Positions 38,278 through 47,642 of a stretch of 64,000 bases of DNA are shown here, piece by piece (the stretch's first letter is position 1; every line of letters starts with the position of its first letter). The notes beneath the pieces were generated by a model. It was not told the DNA's origin. It saw only the letters and a program-made list of their open reading frames with translations, and ran no database searches. Both the position numbers and the translations under genes were made by a program. Origin of the DNA: a virus (lineage: Duplodnaviria > Caudoviricetes). Where the stretch lies: the IMG/VR virus record IMGVR_UViG_3300028048_000124, positions 12,294-76,293 of that record; one strand, given 5' to 3'.

Positions 38278-39664
38278 TGTTCAATACCTCCTTCACCTTC
38301 CTCAGGAATTGGGCATGGCTTATCTCCACCCCAGGCCCCCTGATGATATTGTCGGAGATTGTAAGGCATTTGAGTTTTCTTTCCTTCGCAATCCTATCCA
38401 TCTCGTCGGACCACCAGTTGGCGGTGCCCTGTATGTTCACAGTTTTGGTCTGAACGAATATTGTCTTATCAAGTACTCCCATCTCCTTGAGATAGTCGAC
38501 GGTTTCCAAAAAATATTCCCTTGACATCTCGTGGCTCACGTTGTCTATGTCATACATGTTCAGGCACACCACGAAGAAATAATTGTCCCTGGCCTTCAGG
38601 CATTCATAAAACGTGTTGAATGTGTTGACCCTTTCGTAAATCTCGTCGAGATACTTCTTCTCGGTAGGGACGTTGTGGATAATCTGGGCGAATGGGTAAT
38701 CGTATCCTATAGTCTGGTCTCCTGCGAAACTCGGCTTCCTCTTGAATTCCTCCGGCTTAACCCTATTCAATTCCGCATAATATTTGTTGTTCAACAGAAG
38801 TTCGGCCATCGCCTTCCCCTTCGTCAATACATTGTCGACCGGTCCTCTGAGCCTGTTCGCCCCAAGGTATCCGATGTCAGAGCAATTGCCGAGAAGTTGG
38901 ATGTAATGCCTTCCGTCCTTGTCGATGTGCCTTTCAAGGAACACGTCGAGATTCGGAACCTCGTGGTATTTGGAGATGTAATCCTCGATTTCAGTTGTGT
39001 TCCTCCGCATCTTCCTCCACTCATACTTCCGTTCGTTTGACCATGTGCTTGGCGCGGTCTCGTTGGCGTTCTTGAAGTGGATGCACCTTATCGTGCTAGG
39101 TGCCTTGAATTCCATGTCCGCATACTTAAAGTGCAAAAGTGTAGACCAGATTCTGTCCTCGAAGCCCTCAGACTTCTGCGGGTCCACGTTAGGCAACGGC
39201 TCCCTTTCGTAGATGTATCTTGAGATTGCGCACAGGTTCAACTGCGAATCGTTATACTTCGTGTATTTGCTACTTCCGTTTCCGTCGATGAAGCAGAATC
39301 CGTTCGGATGCTTATCGAGTTCGTTCATATATGCCACATTGGCGTCTTTCGTGTCACATTGTAGTATAGCGTCGTCGTCGAACATGATGAGATAGTCGAA
39401 GTCTGATTCCAGGAACTTCTCCCTTAGTTTGTTCCTAGCCCCCATGATTCCGAGTTTTCCGAAGTCGTATCTGAAAACCTTGTTTTTGCATTTACCGTTT
39501 AGGTTGTAAAATTTCCACTGTTGTGCTATAATAATGATTGGGACGTCCGGCCAGAGGCTGGAAAGTTGACCGACGAGCCTGTCCAGTCTGTCTTGCCTCT
39601 CCTTCCTTTCTGGCTGTCCCCATGGGAAATAACTCACTATTCCAAAGCAGGGTTTAGTTTTCAT
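38264..39664 (-). CDS. GT-A glycosyltransferase with an extra C-terminal domain (LGNC motif, DUF1796-like)
   Basis: LGIMGARNKL..FL...DYLIMFDDD; C-terminal IQLLGNC...LRGPVD. Confidence 0.7.
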   Translation of the reverse strand: MKTKPCFGIVSYFPWGQPERKERQDRLDRLVGQLSSLWPDVPIIIIAQQWKFYNLNGKCKNKVFRYDFGKLGIMGARNKLREKFLESDFDYLIMFDDDAILQCDTKDANVAYMNELDKHPNGFCFIDGNGSSKYTKYNDSQLNLCAISRYIYEREPLPNVDPQKSEGFEDRIWSTLLHFKYADMEFKAPSTIRCIHFKNANETAPSTWSNERKYEWRKMRRNTTEIEDYISKYHEVPNLDVFLERHIDKDGRHYIQLLGNCSDIGYLGANRLRGPVDNVLTKGKAMAELLLNNKYYAELNRVKPEEFKRKPSFAGDQTIGYDYPFAQIIHNVPTEKKYLDEIYERVNTFNTFYECLKARDNYFFVVCLNMYDIDNVSHEMSREYFLETVDYLKEMGVLDKTIFVQTKTVNIQGTANWWSDEMDRIAKERKLKCLTISDNIIRGPGVEISHAQFLRKVKEVLNNGAN

Positions 39665-40287
39665 TTAAGTTCCTCCGTTCTCCTGAGCATATCATTCAGG
39701 TCTTGTCCATTGAACCAGGTTGACAACGGGTCGTTCGCTCCGACAGACGTTTCGCCTAAATCGGTGTTTCTTGGGAATTTATATACGGAATTTGCGAACT
39801 TTCCGCAAATGTCGCTCACAAAAAGCGTGTCTTCGAACCCTTCGCCATCCTCGGGATTCACATCCCTGAAGTCCACTTGCGACATGATGTCCTTGCTTAT
39901 GGCGAACAGTTTAAGTTGCGGACCCTTGAAAAGACCTGCACCGCTTGGATGCTTTTCTATTTCCCTCAAGTACGAATCCGCCGCAGACTTCGACCCGACT
40001 ATGTTGCAGTCGTCGTCAAGCATTATAAGATAATCGTAGCCGGAACAAAGGAACGTTCTCCTCAGTTCCCTTCTGGCCCCGACTATGCCCAGCCTATTAA
40101 TATGACTAAAGACCTTGCAGTTGACAAGGTCTGGTTTATAGTCTTTCCAATTTTGAGCGATTATGATTATCGGGAGGTTGAACAACTCGTTGCACTTGGC
40201 CACGAGCCTTTCCAGTTTCTCCTTCCTCTTCGCGGAAATCGATTCGTCATCGGGGAGATATGAGATTATTCCTATCACCTTCTCCAT
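39661..40287 (-). CDS. GT-A glycosyltransferase (paralog of the downstream gene)
   Basis: LGIVGARRELRR.FL..GYDYLIMLDDD; shares PIIIIAQ.WK and EGFED with 38264-39664. Confidence 0.7.
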   Translation of the reverse strand: MEKVIGIISYLPDDESISAKRKEKLERLVAKCNELFNLPIIIIAQNWKDYKPDLVNCKVFSHINRLGIVGARRELRRTFLCSGYDYLIMLDDDCNIVGSKSAADSYLREIEKHPSGAGLFKGPQLKLFAISKDIMSQVDFRDVNPEDGEGFEDTLFVSDICGKFANSVYKFPRNTDLGETSVGANDPLSTWFNGQDLNDMLRRTEELK

Positions 40288-40304
40288 GACAGTCCCTCCG
40301 CGTG

Positions 40305-40757
40305 TTATCTTATGCTTTCGAATGCCTTTAAATCAGCCCTTATCAGTTTTCTCAACGTGAGGGCAGGCTCAAGGTCATACGTAGTGTAGTAGTTGTTGAG
40401 CACCCTCGTGATTTCCTCCGCCCTGCTGTGGGACAGGAACATCGTTGGGTTATCCAAATGCTTCGCGTAAAGGTTGATTTGGAGAATCAACGCGGATAGG
40501 GTAGTCAACACTTCGGTGGGTTCCTTCATCTCCTCCTTGACGAGGTTTATGTAGAGCGAACTCCTTTTCGCGTTGTAACTCTTTCTGAGTTGTTCGTAGA
40601 AACCGGTCACGTCAAGATGCCTTGAGTCGTTGATGACCTTCACGACATCCATCGGGATTTCGGGGGAGGTTGCGACTTTCCTCAACAACGAGGTCACGTC
40701 CTTGCCTTCCTCCTGCATTTGAGTCAATAAGATAATTAAATCGTTTTTCTTTAGCAT
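40305..40757 (-). CDS. hypothetical helical protein after portal
   Basis: 150-aa ORF with RBS. Confidence 0.55.
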   Translation of the reverse strand: MLKKNDLIILLTQMQEEGKDVTSLLRKVATSPEIPMDVVKVINDSRHLDVTGFYEQLRKSYNAKRSSLYINLVKEEMKEPTEVLTTLSALILQINLYAKHLDNPTMFLSHSRAEEITRVLNNYYTTYDLEPALTLRKLIRADLKAFESIR

Positions 40758-40786
40758 TGCTCCGTTCCTTTCTTTAATATCTTAGA

Positions 40787-42727
40787 TTAGAATTGTGAAT
40801 TGTCCGTCCCATCTGGCACGCCTAACTCATCAAACGAAGGTAAGTATGATTCCTCGCCTTCGGTGCTGGGCTGCTCTTCGGTCGGAGGTACTTCCTCAGG
40901 TGGAGGCGGTAATTCACTTCCTGGTTCCTCTGGAGGAGTCTCAGTGCTCAACTCGGTCGGTCCTTCCCCGGACGTTTCAGGTTCCTTGCCCTCCTCGACT
41001 TCGTTCTCAAGAGAGTCAATGTAGTCCTGCAACAATGAGACGACCTCTGTATCAGCGATTGACTCAGCCAACAACGACTTCAGAATCTTCAACTTGATGA
41101 TTGGGTCTTGGATATCCGCCAATTGAACCATGATGTCGTTGATGACGCCGACTTTGTTCTTCTTGTTCTCACGTCTGTCCAACTCCTCTTGGGTGACAGG
41201 TGCCTGCATCCTGATTGTGAATTTGTTGACGTATCCGAAAAGTTTTCTGTCCATCAACATCAGGTTGACCAAATCGGTAATCATCTGGCACATCGTGTTT
41301 TGGACCCTCTTGACTGATTTGCCGTAACGAGAGGATTGGATTGACAGCGAAGTGCCGCCGTTGAATCCGGCACCGTCGTCGGTTACGCCGAAGAACGCCT
41401 TAGGGACGCCCAAGGCACCGAACAACTTGTCTTGGAAGTGGTCGATATCGGTGAATTGCTTTGGGTCGAAGTCACCGCCTACCGTGGTGGTCGTGATGTT
41501 TCCGATTCCTCCGTGTGTAGGGGCGTAGATGAAGTTCTCGACCGGTGCCGGGTTGTTATACTCGGTCATCGAGTGGTCTTTGTCCAACGAAATCTTCTGC
41601 TCCATCAATTGCTTGATTGACTGCAGGTGTGCGCCGATTTGCTCTTTCGGCATGTTTCCGACTTCGACGTTGACGATTCTAAGGATTGATGACTTTGTGA
41701 TTCTGTTCAACAACGCGGAATCCTCAAGCAACGTCAATTGCCTCCAAATCTTGAAGACGGTGGCCAACTCGGATTGGCCTCTTTTTACTTTGTATGTCCT
41801 TGCTCCGGTGTTGTTCTTGTAGTCGTCGTCATTGGTGAAGATGTCGACTTCCTCCGGAACCCTGCTCGAATTGTCTTCCAAACAGGCATGGACGAAATCG
41901 GTGGCGCCGTAAACCTCTATGTCCCTTTTCTTCAATTTGTATTGCAAAAGGGAATTGTACATCATGTCAGATTGCTTTGAGTATTGGATGTTGATTGGGG
42001 CTTTGACGAATCCCATCGTCTTGCCGAACTTGGTCAACTCGAACATCTCGCCGGGGTTTGGCACCATCTCGACGTAATTGACGTAATGGTCTCCCTGCTC
42101 ATGTAAAACGACGTTGACGTTCTCCTTCAACGATTCGACTTTCTCGGCATCCTTGACTGGGTCCAAACCCTCGTCGATTGAATCCAGGTTAAAACCTTCG
42201 TTAAGTTTTTCCCTTTCGTCTATTTTCTCCTTGTCGAACAATTCGTCTTCCTTTTCGTAGTCGGATTGTCTGTAAAGCCTTAGGTACAAATCACCGTATT
42301 TAATCAATGAGTGCATCCATCTGTATGCGTTTTTGTCGACGTTCATGCTGTCCAACAGATACGAAACGTATTTGCCGCAGTTGGCGTCGTCCGATTCGGC
42401 CCAGATGATTTGTCCGGCGTCGTTCGTTTCGACCGCGTCTTCGGCGACCGTCTTCAAATACGATGCCAAAATCGGGTCCTCCGACATGGTGTCAATCAAT
42501 CTGTAGATGTATTCCCTGTTTTGTGAGACGGTAGAAAAGCCCTCCAACTTAGAGATGTCTATGTTGGAATTGATTGCAGCACTGACGATATTGCTCAACA
42601 ACGTCTCATCCGTGTCGATGCCAATCTCGGCAGGCTCTTTCGGAACCGCTGTGACTTTGGTTCCGACTAATGGGTTTTCGGTAGTTTTCTTTTCCTCTGC
42701 CATCTTATTCTCCTTCCGCAATGTCAA
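40787..42727 (-). CDS. gp20: portal protein (T4 gp20-like)
   Basis: RSLIKYGD-like MHSLIKYGDLY, WRQLTLLEDSALLNR, V.VGNMPK, LFGALGVPKAF motifs; follows terminase. Confidence 0.9.
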   Translation of the reverse strand: MTLRKENKMAEEKKTTENPLVGTKVTAVPKEPAEIGIDTDETLLSNIVSAAINSNIDISKLEGFSTVSQNREYIYRLIDTMSEDPILASYLKTVAEDAVETNDAGQIIWAESDDANCGKYVSYLLDSMNVDKNAYRWMHSLIKYGDLYLRLYRQSDYEKEDELFDKEKIDEREKLNEGFNLDSIDEGLDPVKDAEKVESLKENVNVVLHEQGDHYVNYVEMVPNPGEMFELTKFGKTMGFVKAPINIQYSKQSDMMYNSLLQYKLKKRDIEVYGATDFVHACLEDNSSRVPEEVDIFTNDDDYKNNTGARTYKVKRGQSELATVFKIWRQLTLLEDSALLNRITKSSILRIVNVEVGNMPKEQIGAHLQSIKQLMEQKISLDKDHSMTEYNNPAPVENFIYAPTHGGIGNITTTTVGGDFDPKQFTDIDHFQDKLFGALGVPKAFFGVTDDGAGFNGGTSLSIQSSRYGKSVKRVQNTMCQMITDLVNLMLMDRKLFGYVNKFTIRMQAPVTQEELDRRENKKNKVGVINDIMVQLADIQDPIIKLKILKSLLAESIADTEVVSLLQDYIDSLENEVEEGKEPETSGEGPTELSTETPPEEPGSELPPPPEEVPPTEEQPSTEGEESYLPSFDELGVPDGTDNSQF

Positions 42728-42742
42728 TCATTTAATTTAGCA
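42728..42742 (-). promoter_or_regulatory. phage late promoter motif
   Basis: Exact copy upstream of the portal-GT-Stealth operon. Confidence 0.75.
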
Positions 42743-42747
42743 ACCTA

Positions 42748-44826
42748 TTACCAAACTATTATCCCCTGGCCAAGGTAAGGTTGCGACACAGGCTTTGCCG
42801 GTGGGATTGCACTTTGGTGCTGCGGTTGCGCCGGCTGCGGGTTGTTGCCGGCTGGTTGCGGATTGTCATTTCTTCCTATTCCAGCCAAGGGGTCGAGTGC
42901 CCTCTTCATCTCCTCCTCGAAATCGACAACCATTTGATTTACGGAAACGCCTTTCTCGGAGTTAACCTGCTTGACCACGTCTATCGTTTCACCGTGGTCG
43001 AATGCGAATTCCTCCGCGTATAACGACGCGTTGTATAACGCACCGCACACGGCGTCGGCTTGGTCTTTTGAGTTTATGCCAGCCGGGCTGTGGTCTATCT
43101 TGCCGTTTCCGTCCCTTACCAATCCGATGATTTCGTCGGTGAGCAGTTTCGTTTCGTATGTTTCGATACGCTCTTCGTAGATTGCGTTCTTGAACGTTAT
43201 GTACGGTTTGCACTGTCTGTTCTCAAGCCTATCGACCGAGATTACCTTGCAATCGAATCCCTGGGCGGATAGTTGTTGAGCCAAGTCAGCGGATTGGAAA
43301 GTATCGTAACTGATTCCCTTGATGTTGAATCCCTGTTCCCTAAGCCAATATATGAACTGTCTGTTCTTCTCGAATGACACCTGGTGTCCCTTCGGTGCCT
43401 TGATTGACACCGAGAACGCCAACTGATAATACAGTTCCTTTGAGTCCGGCACGCCGTCGACGTGTGGTTTCTTACCTTTAATCCACACGCCTGCGATACC
43501 TGTTTTGTCGCCGGACATGGACATGTCGAGGTGGATGTACAACGGCATCGAGACCATGTTTTGGTCTATCAATCCCATGTCGAAGAAATCCTTGTACTGT
43601 GTGTTGTCATCGGTTCCGTCTCCGACGACCAGTATTTCCTTGGTGAATGGGTTCTTGTGTCCTTCCTTGCGACACCTCGCCCAACGGACGCCGCTGATGT
43701 AACTCATGCTGTTAGACGTCGAGATGCCTGCGATATCCGTCAAGGCGATATCAAGGTCATCTGTGAAGTTCTCATAATATCCCATCGGGACCATTAGGAT
43801 TGTGTATCCCCTGTCCCTGTATATCTGCATCTCCTTCTCGGTTATCCCGAGTGGCAAGACCTCGCTGTCAAGGAATTTGTTGCCGACGGCGACCGCGAAT
43901 TTCCTCGGGCTGTCCTTATCGGTACGGATGACCCATTGGGGCTCATCGACGATGAGTGTCGTCTTGGATTCGTTCTTCCTCTTCATGTCGATATACGTTT
44001 CGAGGAACGATTGGTCGGTTCTCTTGGACGATGCCAAAATGTGTAATGTAGGAAGTTTCTCGCCCTTCATGAAACGGGATTGCATACGGGCGTCGATGGA
44101 ACTGATTAACTGCTTTGCCTTGGCCTTCTGCTTTTCGACGTCTTGGTTCTGGATGAACGAGATTTCGTCCTCGAACGACGCGAATATGGCACGACCGATG
44201 ACGTGCCTTGGCTGTGAGCCGTAAATCAACTCCACGCCTTTGTTAGGTTGCCATACGGGCTCCTGTGCCTTGTTGACCGTTCCGTGGGCCATGAACCAGG
44301 GGCTTGATTGAAGCAACTCCTGAATCTTGCTCCAGGCGACGCCTTTGGCGGCATCCAACGTGATGTTAATCAAGGATACCGTGATGTGGTCGATTGGCTG
44401 CAACCCGAAATGTTTGTATGGGTCCTTCAGGCAAAGCAATCTGTAAAGCATGTAAAGCAAACAGATGACGGCGAAGAAGGATTTACCGAGACCGATGGCA
44501 CCTGACAATACCACGGTGTTGTACGCAGTGTCGACGTTATTCGGGAAAATCTCATGGAGTTTCTCAACCCAATACGGGAATACCGTGAACTTACCTTCGT
44601 CGTTCACGAGGCCGTTTCCAAGGTATTTGGGGTCGCGCAAAAAAGTCTCCACGTCAACTGGAATCTCAGCGTAGTCGGCGTAAAGCAAATCCTCGTATAA
44701 CTTGGATTTGCCGGACTCCGACATCTCCTTCAATATCTTAAGGGCGACTTCCCTCTCAGCGGGAGACAAGGCGTCCAAGGCCTCTGTGTTCAATTTTGTA
44801 ATGTCCAAGGAATTTCCTCCATCCAT
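42748..44826 (-). CDS. terL: terminase large subunit
   Basis: Walker A GAIGLGKS, Walker B-like FEDEISF, LASSK, nuclease IHLDMSMSGD, SYDTFQS, SKDQADAV. Confidence 0.92.
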   Translation of the reverse strand: MDGGNSLDITKLNTEALDALSPAEREVALKILKEMSESGKSKLYEDLLYADYAEIPVDVETFLRDPKYLGNGLVNDEGKFTVFPYWVEKLHEIFPNNVDTAYNTVVLSGAIGLGKSFFAVICLLYMLYRLLCLKDPYKHFGLQPIDHITVSLINITLDAAKGVAWSKIQELLQSSPWFMAHGTVNKAQEPVWQPNKGVELIYGSQPRHVIGRAIFASFEDEISFIQNQDVEKQKAKAKQLISSIDARMQSRFMKGEKLPTLHILASSKRTDQSFLETYIDMKRKNESKTTLIVDEPQWVIRTDKDSPRKFAVAVGNKFLDSEVLPLGITEKEMQIYRDRGYTILMVPMGYYENFTDDLDIALTDIAGISTSNSMSYISGVRWARCRKEGHKNPFTKEILVVGDGTDDNTQYKDFFDMGLIDQNMVSMPLYIHLDMSMSGDKTGIAGVWIKGKKPHVDGVPDSKELYYQLAFSVSIKAPKGHQVSFEKNRQFIYWLREQGFNIKGISYDTFQSADLAQQLSAQGFDCKVISVDRLENRQCKPYITFKNAIYEERIETYETKLLTDEIIGLVRDGNGKIDHSPAGINSKDQADAVCGALYNASLYAEEFAFDHGETIDVVKQVNSEKGVSVNQMVVDFEEEMKRALDPLAGIGRNDNPQPAGNNPQPAQPQHQSAIPPAKPVSQPYLGQGIIVW

Positions 44827-44833
44827 TCATATA

Positions 44834-44848
44834 TCACTTAATTTAGCA
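44834..44848 (-). promoter_or_regulatory. late promoter motif (1 mismatch)
   Basis: TGCTAAATTAAGTGA upstream of terL. Confidence 0.65.
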
Positions 44849-44867
44849 ATCGTTTTTTAAAATTTTT

Positions 44868-44892
44868 AAAAAAGACCGGGATTAACCCGGCC
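44868..44892 (-). terminator. intrinsic terminator
   Basis: GGCCGGG-TTAAT-CCCGGTC followed by TTTTTT. Confidence 0.75.
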
Positions 44893-44893
44893 T

Positions 44894-47566
44894 TTATGCT
44901 TTTCTGCTTAATACGGAAATGAAGTCTTCGTAACCGTACTTCTCCGTGTCTTCCTCGCTCGGTGCGAACGCCAGGACGAACGTTTCGCCTTCCGCCAGGT
45001 CATAATCCAAGAAGATTTCAAGTGCCTGCTCGAACGTGAAGAACCCGGCGAACTCGGCGGGGTCGATGTTTCCGTCAATCCAATCTCCGCTGCTCGTCTC
45101 GAGGCTAAAGAACCATGCATCCTCCTCAAGCAAATCCTTTTTGTCTAGGATTTCCCTCCTGTCTTCGTGGACGATGTATTTGTTGATGATTTCTTCGGAT
45201 GAATCTCCTCCCGCTCTAAATTCGATGTCAGAGAGATTGTTTTCATCTTCAACTCCATCGACAATCGCTCCATCTTCCTCTTCCAACGGAATTCCTCCAT
45301 CATCTCCGCGTGCGTCTTCTTCACCATCATCCAAATCTATCTCCCCAAATCCTTCGAACGCGTTTATGTCCTCTTGCCACTCGTTGTTCTCGAACACGGC
45401 GAAGTAAACCTGCTGTCCGGTATGCATGTCGGATACGACGAGTGCTACACCCTGCTCCATATACCCGCTGTAGATTTGTTCCTCTATGGCTGCCTTCCAC
45501 TGCGGAATCGCGGCCTGAACGTCCTCAAACGAATCGACGTAGCATAAACCGGAAGGATAATCGTATCCGTATTTATCCAATACTTCCTTGACGAACTCCG
45601 GGTCATAGTCCTCGGTGATTGGTCCTCCCAATCTCCTCGTGACCTTCGCTTCGTTTGTTCCGTCGCTCTCATCTGTTCCATCATCGAGTTCCAATTCCGC
45701 GGAACTTCCGATTATGTCGTCCTTCCTGTCCTTCAACTCATCTGAGGCCAGTTCCCAGACGAGGTCGTTTATCTTCTCGCTTAGCCAATCGTTATTATAC
45801 AAATCGCTGCCGATTTGCCGGGCCAAAACACTCTTCTCGTCATCAGATAGGTTGCAGTAGATGAACGTGCACTCCAATGCCGTGTCGCCGTTGGCAAACG
45901 GATTGGACCATTCCTCTTCGGTGTAATTCGCTTTGTCGAAATAATAGTCAAGCGAATCCTTTGCCAAGATTGCCCACATATTCTCGATATCGCTGTAATC
46001 GTAGTCTGTGTACCAGTCTTCATTGAGAATCCTTTGGTCATGGCACGCCTTGATTTTCTTTGCCGCCTCGACCATTATCCTCTTGAAAGGCACTTTGTTT
46101 TCCTTTAGTTTCGCGATATAATCATTCAATTTCTCCGGTGTCAATGATTCGCCGACGTCATCCGTTCCGTCATCCAAATCGAATTCGACGTATTCGGCGA
46201 CGTCGATTGGGCCGACCCTATCAATCAACTCATCCAACAATTCGGCGAACGATTCCTCGAACCACTCCTGGTCGAATTCGTTCCACCCATAGTAAGGCTC
46301 CCTGAATTCGAATTCCTCGCAGATGTCCTCTATGACCTGCGTCTCTATGTTCGCTTGCAAATCGGCTGAGTAATATCCGAACTGTTCGACGAAATTTAAT
46401 AGGTTCGTGTCATCCGTCAGGTAGTTCCTATCCACGGAAACCGATATCTTTCTGCTCCCGTCGAACCCGTTCGTCAATTCTACTCCGGTAGGCAAGGCGT
46501 CCCTGAACGCCTCTTTGAAAGCCTCTTCCGCCTGGTTGCATGAACCTGACTCCACGCCTCTGTTATACGCTTCCGTGTAAACGCTGATTAATTCGTCCTT
46601 GATGTCGTCCTCGATTCTTCCCTCGTACCCTTCTTTGTCAGTTAGGATATTGCAGAAATCCTCGGCTGAGATTCCCAATCTCTCAACCATCTCGTCAGTG
46701 ACGTGGTACTGCATTTGATTTAGGTCCGCCGCATCATACCCGCCGAAATAATTCCACAAATCCCCGACGATTGCGTCTTCGAGGAACTCCTCGGATAAAT
46801 CTGTGTGACCCTTATCCGCCAAATCGCGTGCCGTGACCTCGACTTGAAGATGGTCGTTCTCGCCCAATATCTTATCTATCTCCTGGATGAGTTTTTCCTT
46901 TAGTTTTGGATTGTCCGTCAAATCGCTTTCGGTTTCAATCATCCCGGCCACATCGTTGGCATCCAGCATATCCAATATATTCTCGTTTTCAACCAAGTAG
47001 TTAAATACGTCTTTGAAATCCCTGTGGAGTGACCACCAGTTGATGGAGTATCCCCTGTTGTCTATGCAGTACTTCCTCTTGAAGTCAAGTAGGAATCTGT
47101 ATTCCGGGCTGTTCTTGTCGACCAATACGAATGCTCCGTCATCGACGCATTTCTGATAATCCCCGTCGGAAAAATCCCATCTGGTAGGTTCCTCAAGCAG
47201 CCTATAGGCATCGAGTGTCTTTGGCCTCAACAGCAAAGTGTCGTCGTTTTCATAGACCAAATCGCACTCTTCCAGAATCCTGCTCGATTTTATTTCCTGT
47301 ATGTCCTTGATGAAATCGTCGGCGGAACGGTATGAATCGATTGACCTGAATCCCCTCTTATCCTTCAGATACATCTGCAGTCCTGTTTTCACCGCCTTGT
47401 AATTGTCGTAAGTCAGGCTGTCGTCCTTGATGAGGCTTACGAGCCACTCGCAAAAATCGCCTGTGGTCATGTCGTCGTTGTTCGAAGTTGGGTCGGCGTA
47501 TATCGCCAAGCCCAAATCGGAATCGTTGATATCCGGGTATTTGTTTTTCAATTCCTGCCACGTCAT
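44894..47566 (-). CDS. large acidic polyvalent protein (degenerate PcfJ-like N-terminus, several small modules)
   Basis: Modules separated by xLDDG...ES/NE linkers; LLLRPKT...TRWDF resembles the PcfJ-like core of its paralogs. Confidence 0.6.
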   Translation of the reverse strand: MTWQELKNKYPDINDSDLGLAIYADPTSNNDDMTTGDFCEWLVSLIKDDSLTYDNYKAVKTGLQMYLKDKRGFRSIDSYRSADDFIKDIQEIKSSRILEECDLVYENDDTLLLRPKTLDAYRLLEEPTRWDFSDGDYQKCVDDGAFVLVDKNSPEYRFLLDFKRKYCIDNRGYSINWWSLHRDFKDVFNYLVENENILDMLDANDVAGMIETESDLTDNPKLKEKLIQEIDKILGENDHLQVEVTARDLADKGHTDLSEEFLEDAIVGDLWNYFGGYDAADLNQMQYHVTDEMVERLGISAEDFCNILTDKEGYEGRIEDDIKDELISVYTEAYNRGVESGSCNQAEEAFKEAFRDALPTGVELTNGFDGSRKISVSVDRNYLTDDTNLLNFVEQFGYYSADLQANIETQVIEDICEEFEFREPYYGWNEFDQEWFEESFAELLDELIDRVGPIDVAEYVEFDLDDGTDDVGESLTPEKLNDYIAKLKENKVPFKRIMVEAAKKIKACHDQRILNEDWYTDYDYSDIENMWAILAKDSLDYYFDKANYTEEEWSNPFANGDTALECTFIYCNLSDDEKSVLARQIGSDLYNNDWLSEKINDLVWELASDELKDRKDDIIGSSAELELDDGTDESDGTNEAKVTRRLGGPITEDYDPEFVKEVLDKYGYDYPSGLCYVDSFEDVQAAIPQWKAAIEEQIYSGYMEQGVALVVSDMHTGQQVYFAVFENNEWQEDINAFEGFGEIDLDDGEEDARGDDGGIPLEEEDGAIVDGVEDENNLSDIEFRAGGDSSEEIINKYIVHEDRREILDKKDLLEEDAWFFSLETSSGDWIDGNIDPAEFAGFFTFEQALEIFLDYDLAEGETFVLAFAPSEEDTEKYGYEDFISVLSRKA

Positions 47567-47580
47567 AGTTTATTCCTCAA

Positions 47581-47595
47581 TCATTTAATTTAGCA
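47581..47595 (-). promoter_or_regulatory. phage late promoter motif
   Basis: Exact copy upstream of 44894-47566. Confidence 0.75.
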
Positions 47596-47600
47596 CAATA

Positions 47601-47627
47601 AAAGCCTCCCAACGATGTGGAAGGCTT
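47601..47627 (-). terminator. intrinsic terminator closing the holin cassette
   Basis: AAGCCTTCCA/TGGGAGGCTT stem followed by T-run. Confidence 0.7.
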
Positions 47628-47642
47628 GTGGTTTTCGCTTTA

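Noticed and set aside
42748-44826. Intein or intron in terminase (also checked portal and capsid)
   Set aside because: ORFs are uninterrupted, of plausible length, and show no Hint or homing-endonuclease motifs.
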